This document shows positions 8,461-17,058 of a DNA stretch of 24,165 nucleotides, piece after piece. Where the stretch lies: contig JAFZUF010000025.1 in assembly GCA_017618475.1 (NCBI GenBank), forward strand, positions 1 through 24,165, in the 5' to 3' direction. A model generated the notes under the pieces. It was not told the origin of the DNA, made no database searches, and worked only from the letters and a program-made list of their open reading frames with translations. The translations under genes were made by a program, and so were the position numbers. Position 1 is the stretch's first letter. Each line of letters begins with the position of its first letter. The DNA is from Clostridia bacterium. GTDB taxonomy: Bacteria; Bacillota; Clostridia; Christensenellales; UBA1242.

Positions 8461-8796
8461 TTATTCCTTATCCTTTAACAACAACAAAGCACTAAAATGA
8501 ATAGCATCAGTATTTGGGCCCCAATTTGTTGTGGAATATTGCATGTCCACCATTTCGTATTCAGTGGCTGCTTTTGTTATGGCCCATTCCAAATCTTCAG
8601 CACGGTTCGCCTGCAACACTTTAACGAATAACCCTTTGTATTCACGGAATTTTATTTTTGGTTTCTCGAAAATCCTACTAATACCAAAACGGTCTTCCTT
8701 GTTGTTTAACATGGAATTGTGTGCATCACATGCATCCTTAGTATCATGTACGGAACCATCATAGGCCATCCATCCACGTAATTCTCGTGGTTTCAT
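8461..8796 (-). CDS. Hypothetical protein (C-terminal half vaguely Cse60/DUF2758-like)
   Basis: 111 aa; AAGGAG RBS; VKVLQANRAEDLE...VDMQYST...FSALLL. Confidence 0.6.
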   Translation of the reverse strand: MKPRELRGWMAYDGSVHDTKDACDAHNSMLNNKEDRFGISRIFEKPKIKFREYKGLFVKVLQANRAEDLEWAITKAATEYEMVDMQYSTTNWGPNTDAIHFSALLLLKDKE

Positions 8797-8799
8797 ATT

Positions 8800-9237
8800 T
8801 TACTCCTTTGTTTTACATTGGTTTACTTTTGCTTCCACAAATGCGAAATCTGCTTCGGCCATAATTTCCTCATTTTGATATAGTATAATGTGGGTTTCGG
8901 CTTCAAGCCGCCCATCCTTGCGATAACTGCACTCGCTTTTAATATTGAAATAAATGTTTTTCAGGTTGCATAACTGGTGGATATATTCAATGTCCGCGGT
9001 TTTGGTGTACAGTTGTTTTTCCCTGGTATCCGGATAAATGTTATTTATATGCAACAAGGCTTGGCGGTCAAGCATGTCGGCAATATAACCACCACTGATG
9101 AAACCATATTTGTTGTACAGGCCAATACCAACCTTGTCCTGGACTTTACCAAAATTGTCAACAATAATTTGCCCGAAATCAGCAAGCGATTTGTTTATGC
9201 AGTTCCGGACTTCATTTAACAGTTTCTTCTCGTCCAT
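8800..9237 (-). CDS. Hotdog-fold acyl-CoA thioesterase-like protein (PaaI/YciA type)
   Basis: NKYGFISGGYIADMLDRQA matches NxxGxxxGGxxxxxxDxxA; YTKTADIEY strand; C-terminal AEADFAFVEA. Confidence 0.6.
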   Translation of the reverse strand: MDEKKLLNEVRNCINKSLADFGQIIVDNFGKVQDKVGIGLYNKYGFISGGYIADMLDRQALLHINNIYPDTREKQLYTKTADIEYIHQLCNLKNIYFNIKSECSYRKDGRLEAETHIILYQNEEIMAEADFAFVEAKVNQCKTKE

Positions 9238-9248
9238 TTTTCTTCCTT

Positions 9249-9527
9249 TTAATCCAAATACGGTTGATGACGGCGAAAATATAATTGGCGTTCATTGCTT
9301 TTTGATGGAACAAAAACACATTCCTCGTCCCACCAATTTATACGCTTCTTTTCATACTTTTTAATGATGGCTTGAATGTCATCATTTGGTTCCAATTCAA
9401 TAACCAAGCGACCTTCACTGTCGGCATATTTTCTTGGTTGGGTACAAAAGTTTTGAACAATTCTCATTTTACCATTTCCGTAATTATCTTTTCCATTATA
9501 CCGGGTTAATGGAAAACATAAGTTCAC
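9249..9527 (-). CDS. Hypothetical protein
   Basis: 92 aa; ATGA overlap with the upstream gene. Confidence 0.55.
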   Translation of the reverse strand: MNLCFPLTRYNGKDNYGNGKMRIVQNFCTQPRKYADSEGRLVIELEPNDDIQAIIKKYEKKRINWWDEECVFVPSKSNERQLYFRRHQPYLD

Positions 9528-9841
9528 TTTGGTGGATAAAACTTGGATGTAAATTGACCCACTTCATCATACACATAATTGCGAGTCCCTGGTGCATAAC
9601 CACTTTTCTTTTCGTGGTTGCTTATCCGGATAGTTATTCCATCCACCTCTAAGTAACTTGATATGAGTATTGGTTTGTCGGTGATGATGGTACGTTCCTT
9701 ATTTTTGTACCAATGTTTTTGACCGCGCTTAAACCAATGCGTTTCGTATTCAGCCCAAGGAAGCTTTTCACATTTGTCCAGTATTTTTTCCACCATACGT
9801 TTATGAAAAGACTTCCAATAGGCGACATCCTTTTTCTTCAT
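9524..9841 (-). CDS. Hypothetical protein (SxY...IRISNH motif)
   Basis: Likely start 9841 via ATGA overlap with the kinase stop. Confidence 0.6.
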   Translation of the reverse strand: MKKKDVAYWKSFHKRMVEKILDKCEKLPWAEYETHWFKRGQKHWYKNKERTIITDKPILISSYLEVDGITIRISNHEKKSGYAPGTRNYVYDEVGQFTSKFYPPK

Positions 9842-10452
9842 AGCAAGTTTTCTTTTGCCCAATCGGCCGGTTCACGATTGTCAAAATCTTCCAAATGTTG
9901 TGTATAATCATACAACCGCACGTTTGGCCATGTGGCCATACCGCCATTACTCATCAACCAACGACCCAACAATGTGTGGCAAACTGGATTGTCCAATCTT
10001 TTACCATAATACAAGGCCCAAAAAGCATCATACACTTTACTCATGTCGGTGTATAATTCTGGACGCTCCGATTTAATCTTTTCGAAGCGCGTTAAATATT
10101 CCTGTTTGGGTGGTAAACAAAACACAATCCTGTCAGCAATTTGGCGCCATTGTTGTAAATGTTCACCAATAAAATTCAGCACCCTAACTTGGTCGCTTTG
10201 ATTATCGAAAATCATGGAATAAACAAACAAGGTTAACCAATGGCGGTCTAAAACGACCGGCGACAAATCCCGTTTGTGTGCCCAATCATCACCAAAGGCC
10301 ATCATTGGTTCGTGTTGTAAAATGGTTTGTTTCTTTTCCGGATAGTTACTTACATGGATATACGCAGCCTTGAAATCATGTATCAAGGCTTGCGCTAAAT
10401 AACTTTTCCCGGAACCATCAGGCCCTTCAATCTGGATTACCTTCTGTCCCAT
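9838..10452 (-). CDS. Thymidylate-kinase-like dNMP kinase
   Basis: VIQIEGPDGSGKS P-loop and VVLDRHWLT (DR motif); GGAGAGG RBS before ATG 10452; overlaps the queC 3' end. Confidence 0.8.
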   Translation of the reverse strand: MGQKVIQIEGPDGSGKSYLAQALIHDFKAAYIHVSNYPEKKQTILQHEPMMAFGDDWAHKRDLSPVVLDRHWLTLFVYSMIFDNQSDQVRVLNFIGEHLQQWRQIADRIVFCLPPKQEYLTRFEKIKSERPELYTDMSKVYDAFWALYYGKRLDNPVCHTLLGRWLMSNGGMATWPNVRLYDYTQHLEDFDNREPADWAKENLL

Positions 10453-11218
10453 GTACCTCTCCTTCTGGTTTAACATAGTTAACCGGGTCTTTTAAGCCAG
10501 CTTTGGCAAACGCCTCGATACGTTCGGTACAACTTCCACATGTACCACAACTTTCACCATCGGCATTTGGTTTATAACAGGTCAAAGTCCGGCTCATAAT
10601 ATAATCAAAATCCAAACCCAATTGTTCACAGCATTTATGGCAATCAATAACAATGTCGCCTTTGTCGCCGTTCAAATATGGTAAATACAATTGGACTTTT
10701 TCAGCATCCCAATTTCCTGCAGCAAAAGCCTTGTACAACTGGTCAAAAAATTCAGGTGTGCAATCCGGATAAATTGTGTGGTCGCCATTATGGACACCCA
10801 TTGCGATTTTAACATCAACATTATTTCGTTTGGCCACCGACAAAGCCACTCCATAAATCAACGATGCAAATATTGCATTGCGATTTGGAACCACCGTAAT
10901 TTTCATGTTTTCGTCCGCATAATTACCATCCGGAGTTTGTAATCCGGAATCGGTTAATGATGAATAAAACCGGCCCATAATATCGCTTAAATCAAAGTTT
11001 TCGTAAAACACCGGTAAATGTTTTTCCGCGGTTAAATAAGAAACCACTTCGTCCAACCGGCTGCGCTCCCAACCATTTTGATGGGAACCATAATCAAAGT
11101 TTATGATTTGGACTTTATACCCTTCGGCCAATAAGTGAATCAACAAACTGGTTGAATCCATACCCCCGGAACACGAAAGCACGGCATATTTGTTGTTTGT
11201 ATCATTTTCCGGATTCAT
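10427..11218 (-). CDS. queC: 7-cyano-7-deazaguanine (preQ0) synthase QueC
   Basis: SGGMDS PP-loop, VPNRNAIF, GVHNGDHTIYPDC, and Zn site TCY...CGTCGSCTER. Confidence 0.95.
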   Translation of the reverse strand: MNPENDTNNKYAVLSCSGGMDSTSLLIHLLAEGYKVQIINFDYGSHQNGWERSRLDEVVSYLTAEKHLPVFYENFDLSDIMGRFYSSLTDSGLQTPDGNYADENMKITVVPNRNAIFASLIYGVALSVAKRNNVDVKIAMGVHNGDHTIYPDCTPEFFDQLYKAFAAGNWDAEKVQLYLPYLNGDKGDIVIDCHKCCEQLGLDFDYIMSRTLTCYKPNADGESCGTCGSCTERIEAFAKAGLKDPVNYVKPEGEVHGTEGNPD

Positions 11219-11447
11219 TTTTTATCCCCTTTGTTTTATACCATTTGTTCTTGTTCTTGTACCGCCACATCATGACGCTTATACAATTCTTTGATTTTAA
11301 CGAACCATCGCGGTTGAATGGGTTAATACCCAATTCCAACAGCTTGGCCAAGCATTTATCGCTTAACCGGCCGGCCACCTTTTCTTTCAAGGTGTTCATA
11401 TCAGTTAACAATGCTTTCTTTTCCAATTGTGCTTTTATTGACAACAT
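11202..11447 (-). CDS. Hypothetical basic protein
   Basis: 81 aa; overlaps the queC start. Confidence 0.6.
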   Translation of the reverse strand: MLSIKAQLEKKALLTDMNTLKEKVAGRLSDKCLAKLLELGINPFNRDGSLKSKNCISVMMWRYKNKNKWYKTKGIKNESGK

Positions 11448-11454
11448 TTTCTTC

Positions 11455-12018
11455 TCATTTGATTATAATTATTGTTACGTTGGTTGTGTTATGGTTCAGG
11501 CAACAAATACCTTCCTGCAAATCAATTACCCTATCGCATTCCGGAATTTCAATTCCAATACCGCAACACAGTTTTCTTAAATTGCTTGTTATTTGTGGAT
11601 TTGTTTTACGATAAATTGTTTTCCATTGTATTGCGGGCAAGGTTAAATCATACTTGGCTGCAACTTGGGGCTTCCTGTTTTCACACGCCTTGATGTAGTC
11701 CCCAAATGAATCCATCCCCGCGGTACATATAATTTCAACGGCTTCATCATAATCTTTCCCAACACCGAAACCTTCAAACGGTTGTGGGATTGATGTGGTA
11801 CCAACCAATTCCTCTTCCAGGGGCAATACTTTATGGTTATCGCCATAAAATATTCGGTTGGGTTTTTCCAATATTTTTTCCAACCCATATTTCAGGATGT
11901 TATCCAGAACCCGGTCAATGAGTTGTTCATTATTATATTTTTGGGCAATTTTAACGACTTCCCAAATGTCGCCGCCATTTTTGATTGTGGCTACAATCTG
12001 TTTTTCAAGATTTGTCAT
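11455..12018 (-). CDS. Hypothetical protein
   Basis: 187 aa; AAAGGA RBS; first gene after a promoter-like region. Confidence 0.7.
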   Translation of the reverse strand: MTNLEKQIVATIKNGGDIWEVVKIAQKYNNEQLIDRVLDNILKYGLEKILEKPNRIFYGDNHKVLPLEEELVGTTSIPQPFEGFGVGKDYDEAVEIICTAGMDSFGDYIKACENRKPQVAAKYDLTLPAIQWKTIYRKTNPQITSNLRKLCCGIGIEIPECDRVIDLQEGICCLNHNTTNVTIIIIK

Positions 12019-12051
12019 TTTACTTTCCTTTGCTTTCTATGGTTTGTTTAT

Positions 12052-12105
12052 ATTATAACCGTTTTTTTATAAATGTGTACATTTTTCTCCGGGATGAACA
12101 CATTC
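12052..12105 (-). promoter_or_regulatory. Probable promoter with inverted operator-like pair
   Basis: TATAAT at 12057-12052; AATGTGTACAT-N11-ATGAACACATT inverted repeat (one mismatch) over the -35 region; -35 itself is weak. Confidence 0.45.
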
Positions 12106-12162
12106 GAAAATATTTATCGTATATTTATGGCACTCCTTTTGTTTATGACAATGGCCGCGGCC

Positions 12163-12507
12163 TTAAAAATCCGCCGGCTTGAAAACAAAAACCGTGGTGT
12201 ACGTGTCATCGTTGTCGTCCTCATAATGAACCACAACAAGGCACGTATCCACCACGATTCTTATTTTGTCCTTAACCCTATTTTTTAATCTGGCATCCAA
12301 ATAAGCCGTTTCAATTTTATCAATTATTTTATCGCACCGGAATTTTAGTCCATCCAAATGTTCGGCCCCATTAAACTCCAGCGTTTTGTTATAAACGGTG
12401 TGGTTAAACCTGCAAAACCGCATATTATCGCGATACCAGTGAACCCGAACAAGGAAATTGGCCTTATTTGCCGCCCTAACATAGGAAATCATGTCCTGTG
12501 GTTGCAT
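12163..12507 (-). CDS. Hypothetical protein (likely start 12507, MQPQDM)
   Basis: GGGAG RBS before ATG 12507, directly after the previous stop. Confidence 0.6.
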   Translation of the reverse strand: MQPQDMISYVRAANKANFLVRVHWYRDNMRFCRFNHTVYNKTLEFNGAEHLDGLKFRCDKIIDKIETAYLDARLKNRVKDKIRIVVDTCLVVVHYEDDNDDTYTTVFVFKPADF

Positions 12508-12508
12508 A

Positions 12509-12970
12509 TCAATTCTCCCATTTACGCGTAAACCGCTCAATAATCGCCGTATAATTGGGGTTTTGCCATATTCCGGTAAATTCCTCGCCAAATTCCTCAA
12601 CGCGCAAAATAACACGGTTTTTGCGCAAATTGGCGCGTTTTAATTGTGCAGGCATTAACCACGAGGCACAACATGTAATGGAATCCCAATAATCCAGCAG
12701 GCTTATAAACAATGAACCCCATGTACCAGCATTAAAATCCCTGTCAAACAAATTATTATAATAATCCCGAACTTCATCCACGGTTAAAACATTATGGTCA
12801 TGGGATGGGTGGTCGCTAAATTCGCACATGGCCACTTCATCTTCCTTGGTTAAATGCCCCATAAAACCAATCAACTTCCAAAATGCGTCCTGGGGGTTGT
12901 GGCTGCAAAACCACATTTGTTTTATGTCGCCATCCTCCAAAAATTGAATTATGTATTGTTTATTTGCCAT
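12509..12970 (-). CDS. Hypothetical early protein
   Basis: 153 aa; AAGGAGCAACAA leader. Confidence 0.75.
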   Translation of the reverse strand: MANKQYIIQFLEDGDIKQMWFCSHNPQDAFWKLIGFMGHLTKEDEVAMCEFSDHPSHDHNVLTVDEVRDYYNNLFDRDFNAGTWGSLFISLLDYWDSITCCASWLMPAQLKRANLRKNRVILRVEEFGEEFTGIWQNPNYTAIIERFTRKWEN

Positions 12971-13061
12971 TTTGTTGCTCCTTTTTTAGGCGTTTTTTTA
13001 ATTGCTTTGCGCGTTTCTTTTTTATCAGGAAATTCATTTTTCCAACCAATAATGTTTGCAT
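12960..13061 (-). CDS. Small Lys-rich peptide, 33 aa (below ORF-track cutoff)
   Basis: GGAGG-N5-ATG; MQTLLVGKMNFLIKKKRAKQLKKRLKKEQQNGK*; exactly fills the gap between neighbours. Confidence 0.6.
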   Translation of the reverse strand: MQTLLVGKMNFLIKKKRAKQLKKRLKKEQQNGK

Positions 13062-13307
13062 TTAGACCTCCACAAATAATGTGTACGTTTTATTATTGCC
13101 GCGGGGAATATTGATGGCATTACCAATCAATTCGTATTCACAACCGGCATATAAAAGTTTGGTGGCTTCGTTGAAAATGCGATGGAAACTTCTGTCGCCC
13201 CGTTTATAATACTTGCCTTTACATCCACAACGGCAACCATTATCGGTTCCGGAATAAACGGTATACACTTTTCCGTCCGCAATATGTTTTCTTATCCAGT
13301 TATCCAT
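13062..13307 (-). CDS. Hypothetical early protein (CRCGC motif)
   Basis: 81 aa; AAGGAGCAACA leader. Confidence 0.75.
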   Translation of the reverse strand: MDNWIRKHIADGKVYTVYSGTDNGCRCGCKGKYYKRGDRSFHRIFNEATKLLYAGCEYELIGNAINIPRGNNKTYTLFVEV

Positions 13308-13317
13308 GTGTTGCTCC

Positions 13318-13536
13318 TTATATTATTTTCTTGTTAACAATTTCCACATCAAACTTGGCGCTTTTACGTTTGGCGCAATCATTTAATGCAGCTTGTGCTT
13401 CATCCATTGTATCAAATTGGTTTGTTAATTGAAAGGCCGTTCCGGTTTCAACAAATCGCAAAATAATGGTGAAACCCCTTTTATTTGTTTCCAGGTTATA
13501 AACCTTGTCAATGTATAATTGGATTTTTTCTTTCAT
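13318..13536 (-). CDS. Hypothetical early protein
   Basis: 72 aa; AAGGAGCAACAA leader. Confidence 0.75.
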   Translation of the reverse strand: MKEKIQLYIDKVYNLETNKRGFTIILRFVETGTAFQLTNQFDTMDEAQAALNDCAKRKSAKFDVEIVNKKII

Positions 13537-13554
13537 TTGTTGCTCCTTTTTTAA

Positions 13555-13896
13555 TTATTTATTGAAATCGTACAATTGGCTTAAAATGTCGCCTTCCGCC
13601 ATTTTGGAAAACATTACGCTATTGTATTTACCAAATCTTGTTGATGAAACGTGGCCACCCTCGGTGCAATAAACCTTGTATCCGGATTTTTTACCCTGGA
13701 CACAAATACGATGTGAACCATATTCATCTTTTTGGATTTTAACAATGGTCGCCGGTTCACCAAAGAAGGTTCCGCGGAAGCCACCAAAGTGGCCAACCTT
13801 AACCTCGTCCCCAACCTTAACAAGTTGGGTTTCCGGTTCTTTACTTCCCCATGTGGAGATGCGGCGATTAAATTCAGTTACGTTGATATATTTCAT
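13555..13896 (-). CDS. Hypothetical early protein (possible SH3/KOW-like beta fold)
   Basis: 113 aa; VKVGDEVKV; AAGGAGCAACAA leader. Confidence 0.75.
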   Translation of the reverse strand: MKYINVTEFNRRISTWGSKEPETQLVKVGDEVKVGHFGGFRGTFFGEPATIVKIQKDEYGSHRICVQGKKSGYKVYCTEGGHVSSTRFGKYNSVMFSKMAEGDILSQLYDFNK

Positions 13897-13921
13897 TTGT
13901 TGCTCCTTTTATTATAATTTA

Positions 13922-13968
13922 ATTATACCATTTTTTAATTCATGTGGCACTAAAAAAGTGAACACATT
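13922..13968 (-). promoter_or_regulatory. Sigma-70-type promoter with upstream operator-like motif
   Basis: GTGCCA-N17-TATAAT with TG extension; AAAAGTGAACACATT at 13954-13968. Confidence 0.6.
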
Positions 13969-14155
13969 ATTTATTAAATAACCAGGGACGTTGTTCCTTG
14001 GTGTAACACATGTCGTTATAATCCCAACGGCAATTATGTTCCACCGCATATTGCTGCATCCGGTGGCTTTGGTGGGCCATTAAACTTGTGACCCCAGCCA
14101 AAACCGCCATTGATAATGCTACTCCCCAAATAATGTTATTGATTTTGTTTAACAT
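13967..14155 (-). CDS. Small membrane-anchored protein
   Basis: 62 aa; hydrophobic IIWGVALSMAVLAGVTSLM; AAGGAG RBS. Confidence 0.7.
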   Translation of the reverse strand: MLNKINNIIWGVALSMAVLAGVTSLMAHQSHRMQQYAVEHNCRWDYNDMCYTKEQRPWLFNK

Positions 14156-14174
14156 GTTGCTCTCCTTTTGTTGT

Positions 14175-14462
14175 TTAGTTTGTTTTTATCCATTTAATAA
14201 TTTCGTCCGTAATCAGGTGTTTTTTGATACCTTTTTTGCTTTGGATTGTGATGAAAAAATATGCATCATCCCAACCGCCATAATTGATACCACCAACACC
14301 AACCAATTTCCATCCGGTCAAACGTTTCATGTTTGTGCGTCTGGAATTGGATGATTCGCGAATTATTAAATTGTATGTGGAACCCATCTGGTCAATCAAC
14401 AAGTTGCGTAATTCAACAACCTTTTGATTGCGTTCCATAATGGTTTGTGCGTCCGGTTTCAT
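14175..14462 (-). CDS. Hypothetical early protein
   Basis: 95 aa; AAGGAGCAACAA leader. Confidence 0.75.
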   Translation of the reverse strand: MKPDAQTIMERNQKVVELRNLLIDQMGSTYNLIIRESSNSRRTNMKRLTGWKLVGVGGINYGGWDDAYFFITIQSKKGIKKHLITDEIIKWIKTN

Positions 14463-14494
14463 TTGTTGCTCCTTTGGTTAATTATTATGATATA

Positions 14495-14542
14495 ATTATA
14501 CCTCAAAAGTGAACACATTTCAACAAAAAAAGTGAACACATT
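14495..14542 (-). promoter_or_regulatory. Strong sigma-70-type early promoter with two direct-repeat operator-like motifs
   Basis: TTGAAA-N17-TATAAT (14523-14495); AAAAGTGAACACATT at 14505-14519 and 14528-14542. Confidence 0.8.
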
Positions 14543-14631
14543 CAAAAAAAGTGAAAAAATCACTAAAATCAACGGGTTAACCAGCATTTTCACCCGGTTT
14601 TCCCCCGATTTTTCACCATTTTTTCACCATT

Positions 14632-16416
14632 TTAAGCGACAAAATCGAGTTTTAATGTAAATTCGTCCGGATTGGCACCCCGGTCAAGGCTCCGGAGCGC
14701 ATCGTAAACCTGGGTTAAATAACCAAACAATTTGCGTTCTTCTGCAAACCGGTCATTGTTATGGACTTCATCCCAACTGGCTTTCAGTACATTGTAAACT
14801 TTTGCTGGATAAAACTTTATTACCTTTTTGTTACTGGAACCTTCCACAATTTCAATAACCGAAGGGTTTCTTTTTGCAAAGTCCTGGATAAAGTTTTCGC
14901 ATTGGGATAAACGGCTAAAATAATCAGCCTGCTGGTCGCGTTGTGGCCCCATTAAATCATTCATCAATTTAACCATACCAATTTCAACCAACCTTTCATC
15001 CGCGGTAACATCCTTTACTCCATCGGCTGTCCGGCTTTCCACAACATAACCTTGCTTCAAGGTGTTATCCTGATGGTCAAGTTGAACCGTGTGGTTTTTT
15101 GCAATCCAGCTGGCAAACACACTATTCCAATAATCGTTGATTAAAGTGGTTTCATTTAACTTGGCCAAATATTGCCACAATTGGGTATAGAATGGGCGGT
15201 ATTTTTCACCGACAGGTATGGTTTCCATTATACCCCGGACAAATTCATCCGCGTATTTTTGTGGATTTAACATGCATTCCGCCGGTACTTCGGTTTTGTC
15301 AATACGACCAAACTTTATTTGTAAAAACTTGCGTTGTGGATAAATACGTCGGTCATTGGTTGTGCTTGTACAAACCGTTCTGGAAATAACTGTTTCAGCA
15401 TCGCGAAATTTTTTTTCGGTTGGTATTAAACCACCAATGTCGCCAAGAGCTTTGCGAACCTCGTTTGCTTTTTCATCCTCGAAACCGGTTTCTTCTTGGA
15501 TAGCGGATAACAAAGCATCCGGAACAGCCCTGGACATAAAACCGGCACGAACATCTTTCGATGAACCTTCATAAAAGTTTATGTTACCAGATACGGCCCA
15601 ATTTTTTAGAGCCTTCACTTCAACTGTTTTACCTTCACCACCACGACCGCGGTAAATATGGTAACCAAGAAAATCATCATGACCGGCCAAATGGTTTTTT
15701 ATGATGGCATAATGGCACCAATTCTTAAAACCATCGATGGCAGTCAACCAATTTGATTTTAACAAGTTGCGATAACATTTACGCAACATGCCGTCCTGTA
15801 TAATGTTATCATCCTTGTTTGTGGAAAAACCATCAACTTTACTGGCCAATTGCATGGCATATTGTTTTTCCAATTTCATGTTAGCGCTACGTTCAAAATC
15901 CTCAAACAAATTCAGGTCGCCGACTAACTGGTTGCGCAGTCTGGTTATTTGGGATTCGTTTATCAAATCAATACCGACTTCACGAGCAAATGAACGTAAA
16001 AACTTGGTAACAAAATCAGCACGTTCAATTTTTAATAATCCGGACAAATCGTTGTAGGATTCGGCATTGGTACAAAGTTTCAAGTTTAAGGAAGCTTTGT
16101 ATAAATTGGCAAATTCATCAAGATGGTCTTCAATGTTTTCCAGGTATTGTTTTGCATAAGTGAAAATATTTATATCCACAACAACACTTGATTCACCAAA
16201 TGTTTCTTTCGGTGTGTCCTGTGTAACATCCATTGTGATGTTAAATTGTTTTTTCATACCATCGATAATATCAGCCGACACAAATTCCGGTTGAAACATC
16301 AACGCTTGTCGCATATTGGCCAAAGCTTCACGAAGTGTCTTTGGTAATTTTTGTGGATGTGATTTGCCCCATTCTTCCCAGGCAATTATTTTTTCGATAA
16401 GTTTCTGTTTATTCAT
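14632..16416 (-). CDS. VapE-like / SF3 P-loop NTPase (replicative helicase or primase-helicase)
   Basis: Walker A GRGGEGKT, Walker B-like IQEE, motif C CTSTTND, then RKF; 594 aa. Confidence 0.7.
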   Translation of the reverse strand: MNKQKLIEKIIAWEEWGKSHPQKLPKTLREALANMRQALMFQPEFVSADIIDGMKKQFNITMDVTQDTPKETFGESSVVVDINIFTYAKQYLENIEDHLDEFANLYKASLNLKLCTNAESYNDLSGLLKIERADFVTKFLRSFAREVGIDLINESQITRLRNQLVGDLNLFEDFERSANMKLEKQYAMQLASKVDGFSTNKDDNIIQDGMLRKCYRNLLKSNWLTAIDGFKNWCHYAIIKNHLAGHDDFLGYHIYRGRGGEGKTVEVKALKNWAVSGNINFYEGSSKDVRAGFMSRAVPDALLSAIQEETGFEDEKANEVRKALGDIGGLIPTEKKFRDAETVISRTVCTSTTNDRRIYPQRKFLQIKFGRIDKTEVPAECMLNPQKYADEFVRGIMETIPVGEKYRPFYTQLWQYLAKLNETTLINDYWNSVFASWIAKNHTVQLDHQDNTLKQGYVVESRTADGVKDVTADERLVEIGMVKLMNDLMGPQRDQQADYFSRLSQCENFIQDFAKRNPSVIEIVEGSSNKKVIKFYPAKVYNVLKASWDEVHNNDRFAEERKLFGYLTQVYDALRSLDRGANPDEFTLKLDFVA

Positions 16417-16444
16417 ACCGCTTCCTTTGCTTCCATTGTTACCG

Positions 16445-16508
16445 TGTGTTTTATTGGTGCGCCCGATAAGTCAAGCAAAGGAAACTTTGAGCGCACCAAT
16501 AAAACACA
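16445..16508. repeat. Perfect 18-bp inverted repeat enclosing a GAAA-tetraloop hairpin
   Basis: TGTGTTTTATTGGTGCGC (16445-16462) / GCGCACCAATAAAACACA (16491-16508); inner CAAAG-GAAA-CTTTG. Confidence 0.85.
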
Positions 16509-16562
16509 TTCACCTTATAACAAAGGCCATCACAACATGTGTTATGGTGGCCCTATAATATA

Positions 16563-16796
16563 CTACTGTGGCAAAACATCGTGGTCAAAGCCCAGGAATT
16601 GTTTTGTTCGCATTGCCCGGTTGATACGTTTCACATTCTCCAAACACGGATAGCGTGTCCCATTCAACCAGCGGTAAAATGTGGATGGTGTAATTTTCAT
16701 TTTTTCAACGAAAAGTACGGCCTTGTCTCTTTCAACAAGTGTCCACAGCAATTTAGTTAAAGCGTCCGGACGGCGCCATTTTGACATTTTAGGCAT
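16563..16796 (-). CDS. Cro/CI-type (XRE) helix-turn-helix regulator
   Basis: FVEKMKITPSTFYRWLNGTRYPCLENVKRI; AAGGAG RBS; first gene of the leftward arm. Confidence 0.85.
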   Translation of the reverse strand: MPKMSKWRRPDALTKLLWTLVERDKAVLFVEKMKITPSTFYRWLNGTRYPCLENVKRINRAMRTKQFLGFDHDVLPQ

Positions 16797-17058
16797 TTTT
16801 TTCTCCTTTGTTATGGTTAAATGCTCCGATTTATAACCACCGGCCGAAAGAATGTGTTAAGAAGTGAACCAAAAATGAACCAAAAATGAACATCGCCGCA
16901 AAGTTGGAGCAAAATTCAATTCTTCCAAAAAGCTCTGCGCTTAAGCTATAGCTCAAATGCGAAACTTGACAAAACGGCCATCCCCGGGCTCCTTGTGAGT
17001 AATAAATAATTAAATAAATACTCCCATAAAATAATATTACCATGAAGTGATTATGTTT

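Noticed and set aside
16463-16490. Hammerhead ribozyme (CCGATAAG...GAAAC resembles CUGAUGAG...GAAAC)
   Set aside because: The core has substitutions at invariant positions and no stem II can form between the two core segments.
16831-17043. 70-aa minus-strand ORF
   Set aside because: No RBS, low-complexity F/I/L-rich translation, and it overlaps the repeat motifs and AT-rich tract; likely non-coding.
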